Shown here piece after piece: positions 22,561 to 33,600 of a stretch of 64,000 nucleotides of DNA. Numbering within the stretch: position 1 is the first letter of the stretch; every line of letters begins with the position of its first letter. Both the position numbers and the translations under genes were made by a program. The notes beneath the pieces were generated by a model. That model made no database searches. It saw only the letters and a list, made by a program, of their open reading frames with translations, and was not told the origin of the DNA. Origin of the DNA: Trypanosoma brucei. Its lineage: Eukaryota. The stretch is taken from the NCBI GenBank assembly GCA_000002445.1, contig CP000071.1, positions 1,312,001-1,376,000 on the forward strand. The letters run 5' to 3'.

Positions 22561-23480
22561 TGGAAAGAGAAAGATGGAGAGAAGCTGTCCACGTTCGACA
22601 GTGCAGCACTGTAAAGGTATAAGAGCCAAACATAAATTACACTAAAAGAAGGGATTATTCCCCTCTTTTTTTTTTGTCGGACCACAATGGTAGTGAAAAC
22701 ACGGATAACTTCCAAATCGTGGTTCGCATTTGCATTTTACAAAACGGGGCCTCACGGCACTGACGGAAGGCCCACACGTCCAGTCACCGGGTTTGGGGAA
22801 AAACAGGTGGAAAGGAAGAAAATATAAGCATGAATATAACATAATATAACATGAATGGTTATGCGTGTTTGCACATTATATTGTACAGTCTGGAACCATT
22901 CTCCTTTACTCCCCCCCCCCGTACGACCACTTGGAACAGTTGAAAGGGAGTTTTGGACCGGTTCGTACCCCTCCTTTTCACAGCTCCATAAATTCAGAGG
23001 TACCCACAGCGAACTTCGTGAGATCCTCTTTTTTCTTTTTGTTTTACTTGTTTGTTTCATTGCGCTTTCAGTAACTGAAGAAGCACTTCATCAGACAATG
23101 AACACGTGAAAAGGAAAGGGAAACGAAGGAGGAATAAAAATAAAAAGTGGAAGAAAGTCAGAAGTACCAGCGCCTTGTGAAGCTGTCAGTGAAAGACCCT
23201 CACTCAGTGTGTGGCACCACGATGTGGGAGAAATGAAAAGCAAATGGGAAAAACAAAATTAAACAAAACAAGAGCAACTTCTTCTCCTGTTCAAATTACG
23301 GAAACACACACTTTTCCTCTGCCGCCACACCCAATTCACATATCTTCCAGTACGTCTCACATAACATCAAATATGAAACGAAACTACGGATGGAAACTCA
23401 CGACGAAAATAAAAAAAAGAGTTGCGGAGTGTGTGTATGGGAGGGAGGGAAGTGCATCCCAAACCGAAACAGTTGGCTGC

Positions 23481-25385
23481 TCATTGCTTAAAGAGAAACA
23501 TAATGACGGAAACAAACGTGTGAAAACTAAGGGGCTCCAACGTATTCTTTACCAAATAATTACGGAAGTGAGCACGGTGATCTTCAAACCACAGCAGATG
23601 AACTGCCGGGCTGCGGTTGTATAGCCCCTCCATGTCCTCCCACATAACTTTACCGCATGGCGTGCTGCGTTCCAAAGCCATGAAAAGCGCACGAAGTCGA
23701 ACGGGGTGCGAAAGTAACAACGAAACATCGTCTACCTCAATCGTGGGGGGAATGTCATACATCGGTTGCGGGGTCGCGAACTTCGGTGCAACACGAGAGA
23801 GCACCGAATTACTTATGTACCCGCTGTGGCGGAAGGATAAATCGGCACCCGTCCCACAATCTCTTCCACTCGCGAAGGGCAATAAATACCTTTCCCCGGT
23901 GTGACCCTCTCCAACAGAGGGAAGAGGCACGGCAGCAGTGGCATCACTCTGTAATAGCTCCCGCTCACCTTCGCCATGCTCCTGCTGAAGTTGACCCTGT
24001 TGAGATTGCAAGGGGGGAAATATCGCTTGCACCGCACTTTCCAGTTCGTGCTCGCGCAGTAACAAGTCGAGCTCCCGCGCACGCAGTAGTTTGGCATTTG
24101 CCGCCAATTCTCGCTGTTGCTGCGCCAACTGGTGCTCCAGTTCCTTTGCTTTTTGTTGCCAGTCCCGAGCATTCAACTCACGATTTGCTGTCACGCTTCC
24201 TGGTCGGCCCTTCACGCCCTTCCTCTTCGAACCCAAAGGAGTCTCTCCAGTGTAATACGAAATGTGCGCCTGCATGTTTGCGTTCTTCACCGTCACAGTT
24301 GCCTCTAGTGTCGTCGGCCCTCGGGTTGGGGCACGGAGCCCCGGGAAAACCAGTTCACAGTGGGGCCTAACCGTAACCACACCCGCAATCTCACCGTGAT
24401 CCATGTAGCCGCTGAGTCCCGTGCAACCTGGACTTTCAGATGAAACACCCTGGTCACCCACCTCCGCTGTGGCATGATGAGGGGCGAAACCAAAGATGGC
24501 AGCAATGCATTCCCCCGCCTCTACAAGGTTGGACGCCGCATGCACAGCATTTCTAACCAAATCGTGACCAAAACGGGCTCGGATGCTGTTGGGAGAGTTG
24601 CAGCACGCGTCGACGGGGTTCTCCGGTCCAACGAGGGCTAACAAACGTTCCACGGCGTTTTCGCCCACGAGCTCCACCGCCAAACACGTCCCACCAAAAG
24701 CAAGGTGTTGTGTATGCTTCTGAAGAAGTTCCTGATACGGCAAATTTTCTAGCATGCGATTCCTTAAAACGGCAGCAGACGAGTACCTTGTTTCAGCGTT
24801 GTCGCAACCTTGCTGCACGTCAATGCTTTCTGCAGGAGGGAACAGAGACTTCTTATCACAGCCGTTAACAGACCCCTCGCTTGTTTCTCCATCATCAGCA
24901 GTTTTCGTTAAACCAGCATTAACGGCGTCACCCCCTTCACAACGAAGCTTCGTCAGCTGCATAATCTCTGCTATTATTACCTGACTTCGCTCTGGTTGGC
25001 TGGAGCCCTGCTTACTATCACTCTCACCGTCATTACTATTGCCCGAGCTTCCCCTCTCAGCGTTGTCCATTGCTCGCAGAGGTGTGGACTCGAGTTGCTT
25101 GTCACTGCTTGACTGGTTTTGGGAGATATTACCGGCCTTACGGTCGGGAAAAACTTTGTCAACCCTGTGTTCTGCGTACCGGGAGCGCCGGACGCTCGGA
25201 AACATCTTCACGATCATTTCGGCCTGCTTTGGTGTTATGATGAAGCTTTTAGCTATCACCCGGAAACCCTCATCTGCCACTATCTGAAGAATATTACGAT
25301 GGTATTGCTCAGCATCAGGTTTGCACAAAAGAAAGGTGTGCTCAGCCACCTGAGTTGCTTGTGCCTTTCTCGTTTTTTTGAACAT
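23481..25385 (-). CDS. nucleoside diphosphate kinase (NDK)-domain protein with a large insertion and a coiled-coil C-terminal region
   Basis: 634-aa ORF. N-terminus HTFLLCKPDAEQYHRNILQIVADEGFRVIAKSFIITPKQAEMIV matches the NDK strand-1/helix region. After an insert of about 150 aa rich in Ser/Asp/Gly, the domain resumes (LAFGGTCLAVELVGENAVERLLALVGPENPVDA...NSIRARFGHDLVRNAVHAASN). The catalytic His is conserved but the flanking GSD is degenerate (HAAS). A coiled coil follows (ELEHQLAQQQRELAANAKLLRARELD). ATG verified. Confidence 0.7.
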   Translation of the reverse strand: MFKKTRKAQATQVAEHTFLLCKPDAEQYHRNILQIVADEGFRVIAKSFIITPKQAEMIVKMFPSVRRSRYAEHRVDKVFPDRKAGNISQNQSSSDKQLESTPLRAMDNAERGSSGNSNDGESDSKQGSSQPERSQVIIAEIMQLTKLRCEGGDAVNAGLTKTADDGETSEGSVNGCDKKSLFPPAESIDVQQGCDNAETRYSSAAVLRNRMLENLPYQELLQKHTQHLAFGGTCLAVELVGENAVERLLALVGPENPVDACCNSPNSIRARFGHDLVRNAVHAASNLVEAGECIAAIFGFAPHHATAEVGDQGVSSESPGCTGLSGYMDHGEIAGVVTVRPHCELVFPGLRAPTRGPTTLEATVTVKNANMQAHISYYTGETPLGSKRKGVKGRPGSVTANRELNARDWQQKAKELEHQLAQQQRELAANAKLLRARELDLLLREHELESAVQAIFPPLQSQQGQLQQEHGEGERELLQSDATAAVPLPSVGEGHTGERYLLPFASGRDCGTGADLSFRHSGYISNSVLSRVAPKFATPQPMYDIPPTIEVDDVSLLLSHPVRLRALFMALERSTPCGKVMWEDMEGLYNRSPAVHLLWFEDHRAHFRNYLVKNTLEPLSFHTFVSVIMFLFKQ

Positions 25386-26691
25386 TGTCCCTCTAACAAG
25401 ATGCCCACGGTGGCTAAAACTTCCCTTTCCTCACACGCCCTCCACCGTATGGGCCTGTGTGTAGTTTAATTTACTGTCGCCTTCTTTATCTTGTGTATAT
25501 ATGTATACTGTCGATCTTCCCGCTGCCAAGTTTTTAGAGGATTCCCCTAGTGACTTGTTGCTTCGCTATTTTCTGTATGAACATCGCGCGCGCATGGCGG
25601 CAAGGATAAGCAAAATCATATAAATAAGGGGGAATTATCGAAAAGGGGGGAGCATGCCAGTGAAGCCGTTGTATATTCAAACCGTAAAGGAACAACAGTC
25701 GACACACACCATCGAACAACAAACCGCCGTAAACGACCGAAGAAGCAAGCAATTAAAAGTGACCATGTGGCTCCCACGTAGCGCCCAAAGCTCCACTCAC
25801 TTCTGCATCTAAACGACGCCGGTTGCGGACCGCTCTGCAAGAAACTCCACCTCACGAGGAAACAGGAATAAAAATATGCAGTCCAAAGCAACGTGTTGTG
25901 AGAGAGTGACAGAAAGTTCAATAAAAACTACTCCGCACGAAAGGGGTGGGGAAGGTGAGGGAACCAATAATACGAACGAGATGGAAATGAAAAGAATAGT
26001 TTGGCTGCTGTGTATTCGTTTTTTTTTTGTTTCAGCCTCCTTTTCTCTTTATTTTGTACTTTCAGGCCTTCCCCTACCTTTTCCTTCTTCACTTAACCGA
26101 TACAACACCACAGCAAACCCCTCGTTGCAAGTGGCGCGCTCCGCACCGTGATGTATATAGCAAACTGGAAAAACCACCGGATGATGTTGTCCTTTAAAAA
26201 CTCGCACTAATGTGTAGCGCTCAAATTCATTCCCAACGCGTACACTCGACATATATACACCTGTGTGCGCACATGTGGTAGGAAAGAAGCAAATATTAAA
26301 TGGAAGCAAATAAATGTGCATACATATATGTATATATAAATATTTGCATTATTTATATGCAACTTCGCACTACGAAGAAACTGGTAGTACTAGATGTGCC
26401 ACACGCACTGTTTTCATTCCTTTCCACTTTTCAACATATGGTTCCACACCATACTGCACTCAATTCCCTTCACATTATCATTCCCCCTTCCCCTCCTCCT
26501 CATCCTCTTCCTCTTCCCATCATTCCCGATTTTATATGATCTCTTTTTTTTTTTGCTATCGCTTTTTCTACCAGTCCCCCCCCTCCTCTCGCGTGTTTTG
26601 GCTGTCGAAATGAGAAATAATTCATAACCCCGCCTCCTTCCCACATCCTCTCCTCTCTTCTCCCCTCTTCAACGCACTGCTATGACGCATC

Positions 26692-27471
26692 TTACACTTT
26701 TCCAGCGAGCGGAACTCCATACGCCCCACATCTGTGAACCCCTTCCACAATTTGTTTACAAGCGTACCATGCAACGCACTGCTGCGTAAAAAGGTAGTTA
26801 AGTGCCATGAAAAAGCACACAATCACTTCTACCGCAACTTCAACGGATTGAAGTGTGCAATCGGGAGGTTCGTTTTCTTCACTCTGTCGGCAAACATAAA
26901 GGGTGACATGCCCCATTCCAAGCGTAATTGCAGTGAGAGCAAATGCAATGAGAGAAATAAGCTGCTGTATAAAGAATATTTTAGTGCTTGGTTTTTTACA
27001 GTGCAGCAAAATGGACAAGGCAGCAGAAGCCACAACAAATAATAGGGCCACAATACACATGAAACCATGCACAAATCCCCATTCAGTTTTCACCATGGAA
27101 GTTATCCAAGCAACGACAAGTACTACAATTGCCGGAAAGCTCAAAACGGTGCACGTGAGGTTGGTCCACATGACCGCCGCGGACTTCCGCTTTATTTTCG
27201 TCATCTGCTTAGTGAGGTCTATCATATCGCCTTTGTAACGAAGCTGGAAATAAGTGCTTCTACAAAAGAAAAACGGGATGCGGTGCCTGGCTAATTTCCT
27301 ACAACCAAACAACAGATCATCGAAGAGGAACATAAAGACATAAAGTAATTTAAAAAATGTATGGCACTGATGCGGATAATTATGAACACAAATAAAAGGG
27401 GAAAAAAGGAGCGCTGCGATGCGTTTCAAAGGAACCCGTCTCGGAATCTGCAACACAACCATCAGACGCAT
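26692..27471 (-). CDS. hypothetical multi-pass membrane protein
   Basis: ORF with four or more hydrophobic helices in the C-terminal 180 aa. The ATG at 27469-27471 was verified. An alternative in-frame ATG at 27223-27225 (MIDLTKQ...) would remove an N-terminal stretch that reads like translated polypyrimidine. The start is therefore uncertain. Confidence 0.45.
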   Translation of the reverse strand: MRLMVVLQIPRRVPLKRIAALLFSPFICVHNYPHQCHTFFKLLYVFMFLFDDLLFGCRKLARHRIPFFFCRSTYFQLRYKGDMIDLTKQMTKIKRKSAAVMWTNLTCTVLSFPAIVVLVVAWITSMVKTEWGFVHGFMCIVALLFVVASAALSILLHCKKPSTKIFFIQQLISLIAFALTAITLGMGHVTLYVCRQSEENEPPDCTLQSVEVAVEVIVCFFMALNYLFTQQCVAWYACKQIVEGVHRCGAYGVPLAGKV

Positions 27472-27992
27472 TTAACGCCAATAAGAGAAGAAAACACCTC
27501 AACGCGAATAAGTCCAACAGAAACAAGTTCCCCCTCCCCGCAAAAAAAAAAAATGATAATAATAATAGCGGCACCACGTCAGTCTGTATCTGAAGGCGCA
27601 AATATAATCCCATCCCACTTCGGAAATTAGAAATAAAGACGTTATACCAATATACATAGATATAAACATTTACAAATCTAAGATGAGATTGGATGAAAAA
27701 ATATATTGACGCAACAGTTCACAAAAACTGAAGAAAACAAATAATGGTTACGTCAACAAATAATAATAATCTGTCATCAAAAGAAAAAAGAAACGAAGCC
27801 GCACAGTTGGGAACCACACACCAACAAAGTACAGTAGATGTTGATAGAATAGATAACATAAACTACTGGAATATATAGCGAGGCGTCGGTAATTTATGGA
27901 AGGGGGGGAAACAATAACAACAATACTCAAATGGATGCAAAGATTTTTTTCAAAAAAATAAAAAAGATATATAACTCCGACAACGTTTACAA

Positions 27993-28814
27993 CTATGGAG
28001 TATGCGCAAGAATCCTCCGAACGCCTTCCCGTTTATGCAATTCAAACGCACGTCGCAACTCCGTGTATTGTTCCTCGCTAATATCTCCCTTACCAAATCT
28101 TTGCGGCACAACTTGCATAAATTTTCCAATAAACAACTCGGGTGGAGGGGCCTTTTCGCTTCCGCCTCCCGCCAACCCAACATCAGACGCAGTCGGGTGG
28201 CTCCGGCGAAGCGCCTCCATCAAATGGCGCTGCTGTTCGAAAGGCACCCGAGGGAATGTCATCAACACATCGCAACGCAACACATGCGGTACGGTACTCA
28301 ACGCGGGCACTAAATGAAGCGACAATCCCTCCAACACATCATCGATGGCTTCACATGTGGACGAACACCCCAAGAAATCGAGCACTGGGGTAAGTATAAA
28401 AAGCGGATGCCGCCGCTGCCAAATGCAAATGTTGTACAGGCGGCGGTAGTAAGCAATGGTGGGAGCCGCTTCAGCAGCTGTTTTTACAGTCCTTGCGGCT
28501 TCGCTGATCCACTCGCATAAAATGCCGCGAGTGGCGTGCAGGATGGAGGAACAACGTGTAAGAACAGGAAGAGGCCACTCCACTAAACGTTGCAAAAAAG
28601 CCTCCGTACTGGTGTCAGAACGGTGGGGTTGCGGTTCAAGTTGCTGACGTCGCTTTTCCTCTGCAACGACCAGCAGTTGTTGAAGAGCCGCGCAGCCGCC
28701 AGCTCGACTATTGAGTGCAATGGAACGCAGTGCCCAAATTGTTGTGGAAGGAGCACGGTAAAGTGAAGTTCGGTCCTGCCAGTGTAACCCCCCAAGCATT
28801 TTGTCATTCATCAT
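27993..28814 (-). CDS. hypothetical protein
   Basis: The track ORF begins with GTG at 28851-28853. The first ATGs (MMNDKMLGG...) are at 28809-28814 and were verified. Ordinary-complexity sequence with no recognisable domain. Confidence 0.45.
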   Translation of the reverse strand: MMNDKMLGGLHWQDRTSLYRAPSTTIWALRSIALNSRAGGCAALQQLLVVAEEKRRQQLEPQPHRSDTSTEAFLQRLVEWPLPVLTRCSSILHATRGILCEWISEAARTVKTAAEAAPTIAYYRRLYNICIWQRRHPLFILTPVLDFLGCSSTCEAIDDVLEGLSLHLVPALSTVPHVLRCDVLMTFPRVPFEQQRHLMEALRRSHPTASDVGLAGGGSEKAPPPELFIGKFMQVVPQRFGKGDISEEQYTELRRAFELHKREGVRRILAHTP

Positions 28815-28938
28815 CTTGGGCGGGAGGAATCTGAAGCAGTTCCAGCGCTTCACACCGCGGAGGGTGAGTTACGGTGCTGTCTGCTGTCTGAGATGCCGGC
28901 AAGTGTTCCTCCTTTGCTTCTTGTACAGCCTGCGTCTG

Positions 28939-28941
<3 letters not shown>

Positions 28942-28976
<35 letters not shown>
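28942..28976. repeat. (TA)n microsatellite
   Basis: Read directly from the sequence. Confidence 0.95.
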
Positions 28977-28978
<2 letters not shown>

Positions 28979-29099
28979 TTTATTTAAGCCTTAGGTTACT
29001 CTTTGTTTTATATCTGCCGCTTATTCTTTCCCCGTTCGCTAACCGCCCAGTGCGGTGATTCCAGCAGCGACACTCTCAAATTACCTTCAGATAGATAGT

Positions 29100-29200
29100 A
29101 AGTTCTATCTAACACAAGAAAATAATAATAATAATAACAATGATAATGATAACAAAAATAATAAAAATAATGATCGCAAGCAATGATAATGTTTGTAAAA
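29100..29200. repeat. (AAT)n / AATGATAAC-like degenerate A-rich repeat
   Basis: Read directly from the sequence. Confidence 0.8.
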
Positions 29201-29547
29201 AAAAAAAAATGAACACCAGCACAACACCAATACTTGTCCATTGCTAACGCCAGCTTTTCCTTCCCTCTCACAACAAAGCAAAAAAAAAAAAAAGAATACA
29301 AGGAAACAAATTCAAAGCGCCAAGCGCTCTTTCCATATTCCCTCCCTATCCATCCCTCCTCCTTCCTTTATCACTGACTATAGTCATTTGTGTGCACCCA
29401 AACTCAGTAACGTTCAGTAAAAGAGGAAGAGGGAATGAAAGTCATAAATGTTCCGCAAGCCTCAGGAGCAAAAACAAATAAATAAATAAAAAAGAGAGAG
29501 AGAGAGAAAGGAAGCCGCAACCGGCGATTCCTCGAGTTCCGCACATG

Positions 29548-29970
29548 TTAACACAACTCAAGCTCAAAAGCTGGCGCCGCCACGCCGAAACGATAGCGGC
29601 ACGGCACATACGGCGGCGTTGGACAGTCGTCATCATCGACATCTCCATCACTATCAGGTGGTAACGCGCGGAGGATAAAATCATCATCATCATCATCATC
29701 GTTATCAATTAGTGCTTCCGCATCCCTCACCACAACACGCCAATCATCTCCTCCCGCAGAAGCGAGTTTAGATGTGAGTGATCCGTCATTATCCTCGTCG
29801 TCAGACTCAAATGGGTTCCGCAGCCGTAAAGGGTAACTGAGTACTCCCAACGTATCATCATCATTATTATCATTTGCCTTTGTATACATTCTATGGTTTG
29901 ATTCTTTGTCGTGGTTAATTAACTTAATGTTTCCCTTCCGCATTTGCGTTTCTAATCCAAGCCCCTCCAT
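29548..29970 (-). CDS. candidate small acidic protein (140 aa), possibly unannotated
   Basis: Intact ATG-initiated ORF at 29968-29970. Ordinary complexity except for Asp runs (DNDDDDDDDF, DGDVDDDD). A strong polypyrimidine tract lies on the coding strand 80-250 nt upstream (30048-30215 on +, purine-rich), as expected for a trans-spliced gene. It sits inside an otherwise gene-free 6-kb gap. Confidence 0.3.
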   Translation of the reverse strand: MEGLGLETQMRKGNIKLINHDKESNHRMYTKANDNNDDDTLGVLSYPLRLRNPFESDDEDNDGSLTSKLASAGGDDWRVVVRDAEALIDNDDDDDDDFILRALPPDSDGDVDDDDCPTPPYVPCRYRFGVAAPAFELELC

Positions 29971-30047
29971 CTACACCCACACGTAAACTATAAAATGGTA
30001 ATAATAATAATAACAACAATAACCCTGTGGGTCAACTGTATGCTCTC

Positions 30048-30215
30048 GAAAGTAAGAAAAAAAGGAAGTTAGCGGCAACGATTCAAGGAAAAAGAGGATG
30101 AGTAAAGGAACGTGAACAAGAAAAAAAAATTGGTTGAAAATAGAAAAGGAAGATTTCAAAGAAAAAAGAAAGAAAGAGAGGAAATAGGAAGAGCACGGGA
30201 CAAAAATTTAAAAAC
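30048..30215 (-). promoter_or_regulatory. polypyrimidine tract (minus strand) upstream of the candidate acidic ORF
   Basis: The + strand is strongly purine-rich (gaaagtaagaaaaaaaggaag...gaaaaaagaaagaaagagaggaaataggaagag). Confidence 0.45.
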
Positions 30216-30555
30216 TATCCGACAGCAACATACGCATGCCAAAGATACGTATACACACGTAGTCACGGGTAACCAAATCTCATCACACGCGTAGTTCAAT
30301 ATCTAACATTACGACAGAGGCGCATAAGAGTGAAGAAGAGCTCAGGTATCAAAATTGTTTCGTGAAGTGATAGTACTAACCGCAGTGGGCCGATATTCGC
30401 AATGCTTTGGGCCTTTCCAAAGCGGATGTATTAAGTCAAGTTTAGGTTAGTGAAGGAGAGGAAATATACATATGTCCATAAATACACCAATACGTGCGGG
30501 TTTAGAGTAAAGAGGAAGATAACAAAGTCATTAACAACATGCAGCACCTCCCTTA

Positions 30556-30578
30556 CATATATATATATATATATATAT
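30556..30578. repeat. (AT)n microsatellite
   Basis: Read directly from the sequence. Confidence 0.95.
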
Positions 30579-30699
30579 TTATTTATTTAATATATACTTC
30601 CTCTCTTTACTGATCCCTCTCTTTTCCTCTTTTTCACTCTATATCCACTCCTTCATTCCCACTTCAGCACTTGCAGCAGGGACTACAGGAAGCACAAAC

Positions 30700-33600
30700 G
30701 GTGTAATCATTGCTCTGTTGACACATTTGCTAGTTTTACAGTCTTCCTTCCCTTTTTTTCTTTCTTCCTCTCATTCTCGCATTAGCCCTCTAAACAAAGG
30801 TAAAACGTGTCAAGGCAAAAGGAAAAAAAGGGGGAGGGTAACATTCTCTCTTTCACTCTTTCGAACCCGAGCGCATTCACACACATATGCACCAACTCCT
30901 CTCCTTTTTCTTCCCCTCCTTTCCTATTTTTTTTTTCTCTCTTTCTCTCTCTATATATATATATTCCCCTGCTCTTTGTTTTTGTTTTTTGTTTGTTTTA
31001 CGTGTGGAATTTTTATGTATTTCTCCTCGTATCGCCTTCCCTTCGCCATGAGGCTCTCAGACATGAGAAATGAGAGAAGTTTCCTTCGCACTCAATTTGT
31101 TCTCTTTTTTTTTTTCTTTTAAGGCTTTTGAAAACTCCCGCACCTCATCTCATCTCATCTCATCTCTCCCCTCCTCCCCCGCCTTCACTTCTCACGCTTT
31201 ACTCCACTCATTCACTCGCCATATATGTTCCGTCACTCATTTCCTTCCCCCTTTTCCCATGGGATCAACAACACCAAAAAAAAAAACAACTGATGATAAA
31301 GTAAAAACAAAAACAAAAACAAGGCAACAACAACGACAAAAGAAATAATAGGGAAGAAACAACACAAGAGTAGGCGGACACTCACAGAAAAATAACCAAA
31401 CAAAACTTATCTGTTTATGCGTTAGTTTTTATTGTTATGAAGGATTACAAGTAAACCAAAAGAAAAAGTTAAAAAAAAGGAGGGGGGTAAAGAAGGGAAA
31501 ATATGGAACGGCCATCTATCAAAAAAGTGAAATGAAAACAATAAAAGACGAACAGAGGACGAAGGGAAAGAACGAAATAAAAAAAAATTTAAAGGACAAG
31601 AAAAGGCTTCAAACATAAAGCAGGGGAACCACTTTTCCTTACTCTTTTCTTTCAAACCTTCCTTCACCACCACAAAAACACACAAACAAGAGAAGACATA
31701 TAAGAGGGAAGAATAGAAATCCACGGGAACGCTTCATTTTTTTTTTTCATTCCTTTCTTCCATTCTTTGCGCACGAATACTGCACAGCACAGCTCGCATC
31801 ATGGAACCAATGAAGGAAGGAAAGAGGAATGAAAGGAAAAGAAAAGAAAAGAAGAAGAAACACACAACATGGGACAATAAATAAAATAAAAGCAGAGAAG
31901 AAAAAAAAGAAGAGAAGAACCCCATTATGTGGTGAGTTATTCCAGTAACTTCTTTTACTTCTTTTTCCATCCACTCTCTTTCGTTACTGCATGTTGCAAC
32001 ACTCACACCATTACTACCAAATACCTCCATAATCGCCCAAACCTTCCATTTTTTTTTACCCCTCCGTTCACAATTCCGTTCATTTTGACTTTGCTTTCAT
32101 TTGGTATTAATATATATATATATATAAATATAAACCACCTGAATGTCCTTTCATTGGATCACTCAGTTTGGCAGTTTTGCTTCCACCTTATTTTTGCCTT
32201 TTTTTTTTCCCTTCCCCCCTCCCTTTCCCTCTTTTATCTCAAGTCCCTTTCGATTTTTTTCTTTTTTTCTTTCTTTTTTTTTTTTTGCTGTTCTTTTTAA
32301 TACTTCCCTCCTCCCTCCCTCCCCTCTCCCTCCAAAAAAACATTCTTGTGGAAGACCGCACGCATACATCACTCAACGTTCCTAAATTTTACCCCCTTTT
32401 CTACTTGTTTTCTTTTCTTTTTTTTTCTTCTTCTTCTTCTTCGTACCCCCGTCCCTCTTATATAACAAAACAAACGAAAAATGAAATTAAGAGGTTTTAA
32501 AAAAGAAAAACTAAACTTCATTTGCGCCATTTATTCCCTTTTCATCCCTCAAATCTTGTTTTTTTTTTAAACCCGGTGGTCTGTTCACAGGCAGATACGA
32601 ACACACACACGTCTCCACCCCTTCCCAAACAAACAAACGCCTTATTCCTCTCGAGATAACTCTCTCTCTCTCTTTTTTTCTTTTTTTTTCTTGCTCCATT
32701 TTTTATTTTATTATTATTATTATTATTTTTTTTTTTGTACTTCATGTGGTTTCTTCCACGTGACATCTTTACCATACGAAATGCCTTATTTTTTCTCTCC
32801 TTTTCCCAAATACGCCAACAAACACACATATTCATTTTGTCTTTCTCATATTTCATTCAACAGCCTCCTTTTGTCGTTCTCTTCTTCTTCCTTTTTTTTT
32901 GTTTTTTTTTCCCTAACGACACACAACAGAGAGAGAGAGAGGAAGAAAAAAAAAATCGAAAAGAAAAAAGAAAGGAAAAGTGGTGATGAAAAGGAAAAAC
33001 AAAACAAAACAAAGAAAGAAAGAAAGACGAAAAAGGAATCACACCACCGCGCGCGAAACAGTAACAATAATAATAATAAAGCAAAGCAAAGCAAAAAAAA
33101 GAAAAAAGAAAAAAGAAAAAAGAAAAAAAAGAAAAACAAATTGCACGAAAAGAGATAAATAAGCCAGAAAGTGGGCAGATGATAAGAGCGGGGAATGGAG
33201 AGAAGGAGGCACACCATCAGTGCGAAAGATCACGGGAAACAAACTTGCTAAAAGTAAAAAAAAAAAAGAAACAAACAAAAAAAAAATTAAATCATGGGAT
33301 GAAAGGGGGGGGGGCGAAGCAAAAAAAGAAAAAGAAAAAGAAAAGTTTGTTTTCCTTTTATTTTCTTTCTGATGCTCAGTTCCTTTCCCTTTGTTTTGTT
33401 TTTAGCTTGCTTTTTCTTTTTTTTTTTGCATCAACGTCTCTCGTCACCGTTCGTTTTCCTTCACATATTTCACCACTTCCGTCACTTACTCACACAAACA
33501 CACTCCCCTCTTGAAGGAAGTGAAGTAAATGAAGAAAAAAGAAAAGAAAAGAAAGAAAGAAACCAAGTGAAGAGAAAGGTAAAAACTTGACCAACGGAGG

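Noticed and set aside
30718-33217. ORFs of 100-155 aa on both strands within 30.7-33.2 kb (for example 30718-31122, 32691-33158, 32846-33217)
   Set aside because: They are translations of homopolymer and microsatellite DNA (poly-F/S/L or poly-K/E) and carry no protein-like signal.
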